Positions 26,164 to 36,721 of a DNA stretch of 64,000 nt are shown here, in pieces. The DNA is taken from assembly GCA_963716255.1 (NCBI GenBank), contig OY970303.1, positions 1,920,001-1,984,000 of the forward strand, given 5' to 3'. The notes below the pieces were generated by a model. That model was not told where the DNA came from. It saw only the letters and a list, made by a program, of their open reading frames with translations, and did not search any database. A program made the position numbers and the translations under genes. How positions within the stretch are numbered: the stretch's first letter is position 1; every line of letters begins with the position of its first letter. This DNA is from an uncultured Gemmatimonadales bacterium. Its GTDB lineage: Bacteria; Gemmatimonadota; Gemmatimonadetes; Longimicrobiales; Longimicrobiaceae.

Positions 26164-27840
26164 TCACTTACGACCCGAATGCTCGTCGTGCAGCAGGATG
26201 TTGAGCACCAGCAGCACCCCTCCCACCACCGCCGCCAGGAAGAGCAGGATCGCCAGCCCCGGGTAGCCCAGGATGCGGAAGCTCGTCTCCACGCGCATCA
26301 TCAGCGCCGCCCCCAGGATCAGGGCCGCCAGCACCAGCCCCAGCGTGATGCGGTTTGCGATCTTCTGCAGCCCCGCCATGAGCTGCGTCTCGTCGATGGC
26401 GTCCACCCCGATACGGAACTGGTTCTCCGCCATGTTCTCGAGGATGGTGTTCAGCCGCCGCGGCAGCCGCTGCACCAGCTCGTTGGTCTCCAGCAGCGTG
26501 GAGAACATGGCCGCGGGCGAGGCCTGCTTGAGCATCCGCTGGCGCATGATCTCGGCGGCGCTGCGGCGGATGGAGGCGTTGGGATCGAAATCCGGGTCCA
26601 GCGTGCGCCCCACCTGGTCCAGCGCGAACAGCGTCTTCCCCAGCGTGGACAGCTCGGCCGGGAGGAGGATGCCGTTCTCGGCGGCGGCGCGCGTCATCTC
26701 CATCACGATGCGCCCCACCTGGATGTCGCGCGCGGTGGCGCCCTGCATGCCGGTGACCAGCGCGGTGACCTCGCGGGTGAAGCGCGCCTCGTCCATCCCG
26801 GTGCGCGTGGTGCCGATGCGCACGGCGGTGTCGGCGGCCTCCTCGCCGCGCCCCTCGCTCACCGACAGGAGCAGCTTGAGCAGGCGCTCCTGCATCTCCG
26901 GCGCGACGCGCCCCACCATCCCCACGTCGATCAGACCGATGCGGAAGTCCGGGGTGATGAACACGTTGCCGGGGTGCGGGTCGGCGTGGAAGAAGCCGTC
27001 CACCAGGATCTGCTGGAGGTAGGCGCGGAACAGCTCCTCGGCCAGCGCGCTGCCGTCCATCTCCATGCGCGCCAGCGGGCTGAGCTGGGTGACCTTTTTC
27101 CCCGGCACGTACCCCATGGTGAGCACGCGCGAGGTGGTGTAGTCCTGCACCGCGCGGGGCACCACGATGCGGGCGAAGTCGCGCAGGTTCTCGCCCAGCG
27201 TCGCGAGGTTCTGCGCCTCGGTGCGGTAGTCCAGCTCGGCGAGCAGCGTCTTCCGGAACTCGACGAGGAGGTCGGCGGCCCCGTAGCGCCTGCCGGCCCG
27301 GGTGTGGCGGTCCAGGAACTCGGCGATGTCCTCCAGCGCGTCCAGGTCGGTGACGATCTGCTCGCGGATCCCGGGGCGCTGCACCTTGACGGCCACCTCG
27401 GTGCCGTCGCGCAGGCGGGCGCGGTGCACCTGCCCCAGCGAGGCGGCGGCCAGCGGCTCCGGGTCGAAGTCCATGAACGCCCTGGACATGCGCACGCCCA
27501 GCTCGGTGGTGACGATGCGCTCCACCTCGGCGTAGGGGAACGGGGCCACGTCGTCCTGGAGCCGGGAGAGCGCCTCCACGTACGGCGCGGGGAGGAGGTC
27601 GGCGCGGGTGGAAAGGAGCTGGCCCAGCTTGATGTAGGTGGGGCCCAGGCGCTCCAGGTCGTCGGCCAGCTCGCCGGCCACGGTCGTGTGATCGGCGGGG
27701 GCGGTGAGGTCTTCGCCCTCCTCGCGCAGGATGTCCTCCATCCCGGCGTCGCGAACCAGGTCGGAGCGGCCGTACTTCACCAGGAGTCTGCCGATTTCTA
27801 CGTATCTCTTCAGGTGCTCGCCGCGCAGCGAGATCGCCAT
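26164..27840 (-). CDS. AarF/ABC1/UbiB family atypical kinase
   Basis: LGPTYIKLGQLLSTRADLL, PLAAASLGQVH, VAVKVQRP, FFHADPHPGN, IDVGMVG; C-terminal TMs. Confidence 0.95.
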   Translation of the reverse strand: MAISLRGEHLKRYVEIGRLLVKYGRSDLVRDAGMEDILREEGEDLTAPADHTTVAGELADDLERLGPTYIKLGQLLSTRADLLPAPYVEALSRLQDDVAPFPYAEVERIVTTELGVRMSRAFMDFDPEPLAAASLGQVHRARLRDGTEVAVKVQRPGIREQIVTDLDALEDIAEFLDRHTRAGRRYGAADLLVEFRKTLLAELDYRTEAQNLATLGENLRDFARIVVPRAVQDYTTSRVLTMGYVPGKKVTQLSPLARMEMDGSALAEELFRAYLQQILVDGFFHADPHPGNVFITPDFRIGLIDVGMVGRVAPEMQERLLKLLLSVSEGRGEEAADTAVRIGTTRTGMDEARFTREVTALVTGMQGATARDIQVGRIVMEMTRAAAENGILLPAELSTLGKTLFALDQVGRTLDPDFDPNASIRRSAAEIMRQRMLKQASPAAMFSTLLETNELVQRLPRRLNTILENMAENQFRIGVDAIDETQLMAGLQKIANRITLGLVLAALILGAALMMRVETSFRILGYPGLAILLFLAAVVGGVLLVLNILLHDEHSGRK

Positions 27841-27934
27841 GTTTCTGCCTTCCGCGAGGTCTGTGTGGGTCCGGGAATACGGACGTTCCAACGCAGGAAG
27901 CGTGCGCGGGAAGATAGCATGGCGTCGGGGGCGG

Positions 27935-28086
27935 GGGGCCGCTGCGGAGCCGGACGATACTGCCGTCCGTCTCCTGCGCGGGCTCCGGGAGCCACCGGAA
28001 ACCGCCCCGGTGTCTCCCTTCGCCGGAGTGAGCCTCGCCAAACAGCCGGCGAGTCTCCCTCCGAACAGACTCTGGGGGTACTGCGG
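27935..28086 (-). repeat. Repeat family B, copy 2
   Basis: Reverse-strand copy with the same three-hairpin scaffold. Confidence 0.85.
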
Positions 28087-28127
28087 GAACGGCGACGGCT
28101 CGCGTACGTCGGCGTCTCGCCGCTTCG

Positions 28128-29450
28128 TCAGCGCGGGGCGCGGCGGAGGACGTGGGCGGGCTCCAGGCGCATCCCGGGCTTCACGGTGCCGTCGGGGGCC
28201 AGGCGGTCCCAGCCGCTGTCGGCGATGAACAGCAGGGTGTCGGAGCCGGTGAGGAGGGCGTGGGTGGGCTCGGTGAGCAGCGGCGTCCCGGATTCCAGCA
28301 CGCGCCAGCCGGATATGCGGGTTTCCGCCGGGTCCAGCTCGTAGCGCAGCAGGCGCTTGGGACGGGTTCCGTTCTGCACGGCGACGAGCGCGTGGCCGTC
28401 GCGCACCAGCCCGTCGATGCCGGACACCGGCACCGTGTCGGCGTGGGCGAGCCACGCCACGCGCCCGGTGGCGGCGTCCACCGCGGCGATGCCGCGCACG
28501 TAGTCGGCCACCAGCACCCGCCTCCCGTCGGACGCCATGGCGGGGCCCTGCGGCGAGGCCAGCACGCCCCGGGGCACCAGCACCGCGAGCGAGTCGGCGC
28601 CGGGCGCCAGCCGGTAGAGCTCGCCCGAGTCGGCGTCGCTCGCGTACACGGTGCCGTCCGCGGCCACGGTCATGTCGCCCAGGGTGTGGCGGCGTCCGTC
28701 GCGGGGAAGCTCGGCGCGGCGCACCATCCGCCCGCTCCCCAGGTCGAAGGCGAGCACCGCGGTGCGGCCGGAATCGGCGGGCTGGAAGCCGCGGAAGTAC
28801 GGCGCGGCGGCGGTGGTGGCCCACAGCAGGCGGCGCCCGGGGTCCACGGCCAGCGCCAGCATCGCCCAGCGTCCCTCCCCCGCCCCGGCCGGCGCCACGA
28901 ACCGGGCAAAGCCGCCGTCGGCGCCGCGGCGCAGGATGGAGCCGTCGCGCAGGCCGGACAGGTACAGCGCCCCGTCCGCCGGGTCGCGGGCGATCCCCTC
29001 CGGCATGAAGGCGGAGTCGGGGAGCGCGAAGTGCATGGCGGCGGCGGTCACCGGCGCCGCGTTGTCCACGGCGGCACGCCGGGCCAGCGCCGGCCAGCCG
29101 GGGTGCGCGCGGAGCGCGGCCCAGGCGGTGTCCGCGGGGTCCAGGAGCAGGCCCATGGCGGCGTAGCGGCCCAGCCACCCCATCGCCTCGGGGACACGCC
29201 CCAGCCGGGTCTCCGCGCGGGCGAGCGCCAGCACCAGCGAGGGGTGGTTGCCCACCTCGTCGTACATGCGGCCCACGTGGTGGCGGTACGCCGGCCAGTC
29301 GCCCGCGCGCCGGGCCGCGTCGGCGGCGCCGTCGTGCTCGCTCCAGGTGGTGTCGGCGCGGAACGGGGCGTGCACGGGCCGGGCGGTGTCCGCCGCGCTG
29401 GGGGCGGGAGCGAGCGCGGCGGCGAGGAGCAGCGGGGCGAGCAGGCGCAT
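28128..29450 (-). CDS. Secreted SMP-30/gluconolactonase-like beta-propeller protein
   Basis: Signal peptide; PEGIA, LGDMTVAADGTVYASD, SPQG, GIDGL, VQNG. Confidence 0.8.
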   Translation of the reverse strand: MRLLAPLLLAAALAPAPSAADTARPVHAPFRADTTWSEHDGAADAARRAGDWPAYRHHVGRMYDEVGNHPSLVLALARAETRLGRVPEAMGWLGRYAAMGLLLDPADTAWAALRAHPGWPALARRAAVDNAAPVTAAAMHFALPDSAFMPEGIARDPADGALYLSGLRDGSILRRGADGGFARFVAPAGAGEGRWAMLALAVDPGRRLLWATTAAAPYFRGFQPADSGRTAVLAFDLGSGRMVRRAELPRDGRRHTLGDMTVAADGTVYASDADSGELYRLAPGADSLAVLVPRGVLASPQGPAMASDGRRVLVADYVRGIAAVDAATGRVAWLAHADTVPVSGIDGLVRDGHALVAVQNGTRPKRLLRYELDPAETRISGWRVLESGTPLLTEPTHALLTGSDTLLFIADSGWDRLAPDGTVKPGMRLEPAHVLRRAPR

Positions 29451-29586
29451 GGGCGGGGTCCGGTGGCGGGGAGCGGGGGGCCGTCGCGCGGCCCCGGCAG
29501 GGTAGCGGGCCGGCGCGGCTGCGGACAGGGCCGCGGGACGGGACGCATTCACCGGGGCCGAGCCGCGCCCCACGACACCGGAGCGA

Positions 29587-30006
29587 ATGAGCCCACCCGT
29601 CCGCCGCGTCCTCGTCCTCGCCCCGGCCGTGCTGCTGGACACGGCCTTCAGCCTGGACCTGCTGGGGCGCGTCTTCGACGCGGAGGGGCCGTGGACGCTG
29701 GGCGCCCACGCGGCGGTGGCGGGCGTGGCGGCCGGGCTGCTCGCCGGACTGCCGGCGGGGACGCTGGGGCCCCGGGCGGGGCGCGGACGCCGCCTCCGCT
29801 TCGCGGGGCTCTACGCGGCGGGGCTGGCGCTCTTCGCGCTCGCGCGCTGGGTCCGCGGGGACGCGGCCATCCCACCGGAGACGGTGCTGCTGGCGGTGGA
29901 GGGGATCGCGGACGCGCTGCTGCTGGCGGGCGCCTGGACGGGCGGGTTCCTGGACCGGTGGCCGGGGGACGGCCCGCGCGGCGGGAGGTCCGCCGCCGGC
30001 GCGTAG
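29587..30006 (+). CDS. Membrane protein (DUF2231-like)
   Basis: Four hydrophobic segments ending GAWTGG; GGAG RBS. Confidence 0.6.
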   Translation: MSPPVRRVLVLAPAVLLDTAFSLDLLGRVFDAEGPWTLGAHAAVAGVAAGLLAGLPAGTLGPRAGRGRRLRFAGLYAAGLALFALARWVRGDAAIPPETVLLAVEGIADALLLAGAWTGGFLDRWPGDGPRGGRSAAGA

Positions 30007-30007
30007 G

Positions 30008-31021
30008 CTACGCCGCCGGACCGGGCCCGGAGCGCTTCCCCTGCAGCCGGTCGAGACCGGGGAGGAACGACAGCTCCCGGTCCACGATGGCGGCGATCTC
30101 CTCCTGCTCCTTCCAGCGGCGCTCCAGCTCCCACAGCTCCATCTCCAGCAGGCGCCGCTCGTCCTCCTCGCTGAGCGCGATCTCCAGCGCCACCGCCGCG
30201 GTGCGCTGGGTGCGCTCCAGCGTTCCCAGGGTGATCCTCTGTCCGGCCACCCATCTGGCGAGCGCCCCGCCGGAGCCGGCGAGGTCGATGGTCTGGGCGG
30301 CGGCCCGGATGCGTTCCTCGGACGCGCCGTCGAAGTGGCGGTGGGCGAGGATGCGGCGCAGCGCGGCTTCAGCCGCCGTTCCGGCCAGCAGGTGGCCCGA
30401 CCCGGGCCGCCTGTAGCATTGCGCGCAGGCGTGGTACAGCGACGGGGCCTCATCCTCGCCGCCGGGGACGAGCACCACCCTGTCGGCGTCGCTGAACTTC
30501 ACCCCGGTGGAAACGCTCCCGCACACCGGGCACTCCGACCGGCCCCGGATCGCCATGCTCCCGAACCTCCGCCACCGCACGGCTTTCGGCAGCAGGCCCC
30601 TCCCGAGCCATCCCAGTCCCGCCGTCGCGAAGGCCACCCCGGTCAGGGCCACCATCTCCACCCCTTTCAGCGCGTCGGAGCGTTTCCTCCGCCCCAGCAG
30701 CTCCCGCCCGTAGCGCCACCACGCCTCCTCCGCGCGCTCCGCCCGCCCCACCCGCACCAGCTCCAGCTCCCCGGTCCGCAGCAGCGCCACGTTGTCGGTG
30801 CTGGACAGGAGCCACGCCCGGTCCGTCGCCAGCCGGTCCAGCTCCTCCAGCGCCTCCCAGCGCTCCTCGATGGGAGCCAGCGTCCACCGCGCGCACACCG
30901 CGCACACGATCCACAGCCGTCCCCGTGCCGGGTCGAACGCGATGCGCCGCCCGTGCCGCAGATGCTCCAGCGACTGGTTCTCCGGGAACGGCGCGTGGCA
31001 GAAGATGCAGCGCGAGAACAT
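30008..31021 (-). CDS. Hypothetical protein with four CxxC pairs
   Basis: CIFC, CAVC, CPVC, CAQC; C-terminal coiled coil ELERRWKEQEEIAAIVD. Confidence 0.8.
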   Translation of the reverse strand: MFSRCIFCHAPFPENQSLEHLRHGRRIAFDPARGRLWIVCAVCARWTLAPIEERWEALEELDRLATDRAWLLSSTDNVALLRTGELELVRVGRAERAEEAWWRYGRELLGRRKRSDALKGVEMVALTGVAFATAGLGWLGRGLLPKAVRWRRFGSMAIRGRSECPVCGSVSTGVKFSDADRVVLVPGGEDEAPSLYHACAQCYRRPGSGHLLAGTAAEAALRRILAHRHFDGASEERIRAAAQTIDLAGSGGALARWVAGQRITLGTLERTQRTAAVALEIALSEEDERRLLEMELWELERRWKEQEEIAAIVDRELSFLPGLDRLQGKRSGPGPAA

Positions 31022-31033
31022 GGATCTACGGGT

Positions 31034-31103
31034 TGAACGGCGGGTTCGGGCGTGCCTCCCGCGGGACGCGGGGGTCGGGCTTTGGCTCCGTAGCAGACGA
31101 AAC
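31034..31103 (-). repeat. Repeat family A, truncated copy 3
   Basis: Only the 3' half, beginning at the GTTT loop of the central hairpin. Confidence 0.85.
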
Positions 31104-34100
31104 TGAGCGCCACTCCGCCTCCCTCACCTTCTGCAGGTGCCCCGGCGGTGGGGACGGCGCGCTCCAACGAGTCCAACCGGGCGTGCACCACCCCCGTCGG
31201 CTCCGCCTACGCTAATACTTGATCTTTCCGACGGCCTCACAGCACCCCCAGATCGACATCGAAGTAGGTTCGTCTCTCCTCCGGCTTTTCCCCGGGCCAG
31301 ACGGCCATGCCGCTCCAGGCGCCACCGCCTCTTCGCCTGAAGCGTGTGTAGACACGAACGTTCGTCAGATCCGGCTTTACGATCAGAAGGTTGTACAATG
31401 CTGGTGTCGACTCGGGCCTCTCGTCGGGCCGGGCTGCCACTGCACCCCCGCCGATCACATGGAGGAGGCCTCGACCCGTCTTGTAGCCAACAAGTTCTAC
31501 CCGCTCCTCATGAACATGTCCGTGGAGCGCAACCCGGAACCCACTTTGCACGAGCCGCTCGAGATAAGCGTCTGTCGGGATACTTTCCTGTCCTTTGAGC
31601 GGGTGGTGCACGACGGCGATCCGGAGTATGCTCTCTTCTCTGGAGATCCGTCCGCGCTCGATGGCACTTTCGAGTTGCGAATCTGCACTCATGAGCCCGC
31701 GTGCCAGTGCGGAATCGTGAATGCTTGCTCGATCTTGAAAGAACTCATCGATTTCCCAACACGAATTCAGTAGAAGGAACTGAATTCTGTGCTCCTCGAA
31801 TAGCAGAGGAATGGCTTGGTCCTCCGGCCTCAGCGGATATGGAGACTGGAGTAGCGGGTGATACAGGGCCTCATTGAAGTTTCTGAAACGCATCGGATAT
31901 GCATTCTCGTCCCGCACTAGGTAACCGCTCCCCTGCGGCACGATCGAACTCTGATCCGGCTGATGATTCTGAATCCGGCGAGACGGCTCCCAGGTATAGA
32001 CTAGCTCATCGAAATCCAGATCGTGGTTCCCGGGCACCAGGATACATCTCTCCGCGGTCAACGAAAATCTTTCAATAATGCGGGATATCAGCGTGCGGGC
32101 ATGCCTGAATTCCTCGACTTTGCCACGGTGCGCAAAATCACCGGACAGGATGAGGTAGTCGAGTTCACGCACGCTCAAGCCCTCCCGATCACGCAGATCG
32201 GCGACCAGCGGCTGGAGAACGGCCTCGGGATCGGAATCGGCTCGGAAGTGCAAATCACTGAGATGCAGGAGCGTGATCGGCCGGGGTTCGATCGCCGCGT
32301 GTCGGGCTTCTGCCATCCGTTCTTTCGTCCGTTGGATGATCAGGCGCCGGTTCTCACTGACCTGCGAGCGCATCGCCCACAGACGTCTACTTACCATTGC
32401 ACTGCGCTCACGAAGGATTGCGGTGCTCTCGCGGATAGGGAACCTCAAGTCACAATTCGGGCAGCCAATATCTTCCTGGTTCTCAAGTATTCGGCGCCTG
32501 ATCGTTTCCGGAGAGAACTGGAACCCGCATCGGCAGGTCATCGCGGCCTGCTCAATGATATCGACACCCTGGTCTCGCAGGCGCTCTTCGACGAACGAGG
32601 TGAACAACTGAGCAGATTCTACCGGCGGGTCCCCCTTGAAGAAGATGTCGAGGCTCGCGAAGCCATACCCACGATCCACCTTACGAAATCCATAGACCCC
32701 CGAGTCACGATACCCAAATTCAGCACGGTCCTCCCACAGTCGCACCGGCCCGAACCGTTCACTGATCGTCAGCGCAGCGACCAGTTCCGAGTAGATATTA
32801 CTGACTGCACCCGAAAAGTCGTAATGCAGGAGTCCCAGGGCTGGAGTTGTCTCTTCTGTCGTTCCCTCGGTCGGGCGAAACAAGGCCGGGAAGACCAGCC
32901 GGCCTTCGTGGCGAAGACAAATTCCACGATCGAGCAGGAGTTGGACGACACATTCCAGAACAATCGCTTCGTGCTGAGGAGAGAGCCGGCATTCGTCCGG
33001 AATTCCTGGAAACCGGAAAGAAGGCGATCCAAAGGCCCGCTCTTCGATCACCGGTGTGCCACGAGGGCTATTCCGCGCCGCGATGATGATTGCGCCGGCG
33101 TAACGCTCTATCTCGGCGATTTGAAGCACGAGCGCCCGCTTGCCATCCGAAAGCCTGGTTTCCGCGATCGTACCTTGAAGGGCCAGCTGCTCGACAACGG
33201 CATCCACTACTCTCGAGTCGATGTCATCACTAGCCACCTTCGCCAGATCCTCCTCAAGCTCGGTCTTGGTGGTGACCACATCCCCGCGTTCCCGACGACG
33301 TGCGATGATCTCCCGCGCCTGTTGAAAGAGAATAGGGCGGGCAGTCTTGGAGAGGACGTCCCAATCGATGTTCTGTGCGATCCGAGCCAGGAGCTCAGAC
33401 CGTCCTCTGCTGGTCTTCGCACTGACAGGTACGTACGCCGCGATCCCATACTCGGTGAGGAACCTGTCGATCGCAGGCTTGTCGACAATAGCGGGGTGCA
33501 AGTCGTCATCAAGTTTGCTGCCGATGAGCAGCTTCGTGGGTGCACGACCGACGATCTGGCGGTCAAAGCGGTGAACCCACTCGGCCGCTTCCAGCAGCGC
33601 GGTACGCCCGCGGGTTGGATCGACAACGATCAGGGCGACCGTCGTATCATGCATGAAAAGCTGGTGTACGAGGCGGTATTCCGCCTGCCCACCCATGTCC
33701 CACAACACCAGTTCACGGTGTTCGTCAGCACTCCCCGACCCGGATGGTACGAGGAACTCCCAGGGAAGCGGCCAGAAGCGCAAGCCGTGCGTCGTCCCTT
33801 GCTCCTCATACCGATCCTCTGCGATCCGCAAGGCCAAGCAGGACTTCCCGGCGTTGCTCTCTCCAACCAGAACGACTTTCGCGCTGGAGTAGAACGTAGG
33901 ACTACGATCCGCGCTCGATTGTCTGACGACACTCTGCTTCAGGTCCCACAACTCAACCGAGCGGTTCCCGTCGAAGAGCACTGCAAGCATGGACGTTCTC
34001 GGATGAAACGCCACACGTGAGTACGCGTGGGTGAGTTCCGACCCTATACCAACAGGCTGCCAATTGTCGGTCCGCCAAAATCGAATCGCTCCGTCGCCAG

Positions 34101-34541
34101 CCGTAGCAATCAGTTCTCCGTCGAACGACGGTGAAATCGTGTCCACTCGGCTGGCATGGCCTTCGAGAATGAAGAGCTGCTTGCCGACCCGATGCTTGTA
34201 GACACGCACGGTTCCGTCTGCCAGGCCAAATAGCTGAACGTCACCGTTGAGGAGCCACTCCGCGCTCGAGACTGCGTGCTCAGACAACTTGATCCTGGAT
34301 GATACCCGCCGGGCGACATCGAGGTACGCGACCTCTCCGTTCGCGAGACCGGCAACGATGGCACTGCCGTCCGGCTTCCATGCTAGACAGGTGACGGGTA
34401 CGTACCCGAAATCGGAAAAAACATGGACGAATTCGCCACCTCTCGACCACAGGCGAACGGTGCCGTCCGTCGACGAGGAAGCTAGCAGCTGGCCATGGGG
34501 AGCCCACCGCACCATCGCCACCGTTGCGACGTGGCCTTCAA

Positions 34542-36213
34542 CCCGGATCCTGCACGGGAGTGGCGCCCCGGTGGATTTCGCCTCTCGCGAGCCGGCAGAT
34601 GACGGCGGAGGCGGCGACCGAGCGAGCCGGGACGTTGCCGCCGCCCTCGCAAGAGGCTCTGCCGCGGCTGATTCCGGTCTGCCGGGCGCCGCAGGGCAAA
34701 GCGGCTCCACCACCGGGCCGATGGGCTCCGGTCTTCCTCGCCCTGCGTGCCTGCGCCAGAGACTCTCAGGCTGGCAGGGGCGGTCCCGTGCCGACCCGGC
34801 GCAGCGCCCGGAGCAGTTCTCGGCGCAGCGGCTCGGCCCGCTGGAGCTGCACGTACTGCTTGCGCGCGTGCGTGGTCAGCTTCGCCGGAAGGCGGAAGAG
34901 CCAGGCCCGCAGGCGCTTCGGCTGTGCCCGGCGCCAGCTTCCCGAGAGCGCCGTGGTGCGGAGGGTGTGGAGCATCTGATACGCCAGCGCACCCAGCGCC
35001 CAGAGCAGATGATTACCCCCCAGATCATCGACCGCCGTCTGCCCCACCGAGAGCTGTCCCAGCTCCTCGATCCGCTGCTCCACGAGCGCGCCCTGGTTGT
35101 AGAGCCGCCACGCCGAGAGGACGCTGATCCCCGCCACGTTGCTCAGCACGTGCGCCGTCTTCTCGACCTTGTAGCTCTCCAGCTCCAGCTCGCCTTCGGC
35201 GCCCCCGATCTCGCGCCGCTGTTCCACCGTCAGCAGCCGCGCGCCGTAGATCGTGCCCGAGGCCGTCCAGAGCTTGGGGTCCTTCTGGGAGCGGCGAAAG
35301 GGCGAGAGGTGACGCCGCAGCCACTTCTGGTCGGGCACCTTGAGCACGTAGCCGACCCCGAGGGCCTCCAGCGCCTCGACCATCTTCCGGGAGAAGAACC
35401 CCTTGTCCAGACGCAGCGTGATCTGCTCGACCCCGGCCGCGCGGAGCTGCCCCACCAGGGCCTCGATCCAGGGGATCGCCCCGGCGGCGGTGTGGGCGCT
35501 GCCCGCTCGCCAGCGCACGCCCAGGCAGTCGCCCGTCTCGGCCAGGAAGGCCACCAGCGGGTGGTGACTGGGTCGGCCCTTCTTCGTGGGGTTGTAGCCC
35601 TTTTCGGCGCCCGCCTGCTTGAGCCCGTATCGCTGCACCACCGTGCTGTCCAGCACCAGCATCACCGAGCGCGGCACTGCGCTCCTCGCCCAACGGGCAC
35701 GCACCATCTGCCAGAGAACGGCGTCGAGCTGCCCCGCCAGGCGCTCCCCGCCGCGACGCAGCCAGCGCCCGTAGGTCGTTGGATCGGGCAGGCCCTTCCA
35801 GCCGAAGAGGCGGCGGATGCCGCGCCCGCCCAGCAGGCGCAGATCATCCATGCAGCCGCCGCCGTAGAGCAGCAGTACGATCCAGAGCTCCACCATCAGG
35901 CTCGGCCGGTAGGCGCCGCGCAGCCAGGCCGCTTCGGTGTCGAGCCTCTGCCCCAGCCCCAGTCGATCCCAGAGACGGCGAAGCAGCAGCAGGCCCGCTC
36001 CGTCCGTCAGCTCACCGGCCGAGTGCCGAAGCCGCAGCGGGGCCGCCCTGCCTTGCACGTGGGGTCGAGAAGCGATAGTCTGAACTCGCACCGTCTGGGT
36101 GCCTATGGTTGGGTGGAATACTTCTGCCAGGAAGTTCCCTCAACCTACGGCCCCAGGCGGTGTTCTGCATCCTACCCCTCCCTTTTCCTACCTTCACCCG
36201 TGCAGGATCCGGG
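34542..36213 (-). mobile_element. IS1380-family insertion sequence (1672 bp)
   Basis: 17-bp perfect IR CCCGGATCCTGCACGGG; 5-bp target duplication TTCAA (34537-34541 and 36214-36218). Confidence 0.92.
34766..36091 (-). CDS. IS1380 family DDE transposase
   Basis: LTDGAGL, PDPTT, LVLDST, GYN..HPL, LRLDKGF, YNQGALVEQRIEE, LR..LFRLPAK. Confidence 0.9.
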   Translation of the reverse strand: MRVQTIASRPHVQGRAAPLRLRHSAGELTDGAGLLLLRRLWDRLGLGQRLDTEAAWLRGAYRPSLMVELWIVLLLYGGGCMDDLRLLGGRGIRRLFGWKGLPDPTTYGRWLRRGGERLAGQLDAVLWQMVRARWARSAVPRSVMLVLDSTVVQRYGLKQAGAEKGYNPTKKGRPSHHPLVAFLAETGDCLGVRWRAGSAHTAAGAIPWIEALVGQLRAAGVEQITLRLDKGFFSRKMVEALEALGVGYVLKVPDQKWLRRHLSPFRRSQKDPKLWTASGTIYGARLLTVEQRREIGGAEGELELESYKVEKTAHVLSNVAGISVLSAWRLYNQGALVEQRIEELGQLSVGQTAVDDLGGNHLLWALGALAYQMLHTLRTTALSGSWRRAQPKRLRAWLFRLPAKLTTHARKQYVQLQRAEPLRRELLRALRRVGTGPPLPA

Positions 36214-36721
36214 TTCAAGAGTATGTACCGTCTTGAGATTTCGAACATCCCATATTCGAACGGTCCGATCCGCGGAACTCGATGCGAGAAGCCTCTCGTC
36301 GCGCGACCACGACAGACTCCGCACGTAATCCCTATGCTTCTCCCGGAAGAAGTCCACCCACCCGGACGAGGGGTCGGCCAAGTGGATCGAGCTGTTGGTA
36401 AAAGCAACCACGAACTGTTTGCCGTCGGGCGACCAGGCCAAGTCGACGATCGAGTCGATCCGTTGAGGTAGTCTGAGACGAAGTGTCAGAGCAGGCGATC
36501 GTGCATTCATGGAGAGATGGCGAGCGGGTTTGATGGGGGAATGTGATTTCAATGCACGCGTATGAGGCGGCGAGTCGTAGGCACCTCGAGCGATGTAGTA
36601 TACAGTCCTGGTTTCGTGAATTCCACGATTGCCGAGCAGTCATACATTCCAGCAGACAAACGGAAGCCCCCGGACCAGACGGCCCAGGGGCTCCGAACAC
36701 CTGCCATCGGAGCACAACTGC

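Larger units (their letters stand above)
31237..36510 (-). pseudogene. WD40-Roc-COR-Zn ribbon-metallophosphoesterase gene interrupted by IS1380
   Basis: Removing the IS and one TTCAA restores the frame (VHTLE-GHVATV), 1198 aa from ATG 36510. WD repeats; GESNAGKS, WDMGGQ, GSKLD, VSAKT; CRC..CPNC; SDLH, SGD, GNHD, HGHVH. Confidence 0.88.

Noticed and set aside
32023..34020. 665-aa plus-strand ORF inside the island
   Set aside because: Antisense to the motif-rich Roco gene, with no recognisable motifs of its own
36172..36552. Separate small WD40 gene
   Set aside because: It is the 5' part of the IS-interrupted Roco gene; its last residues come from IS sequence
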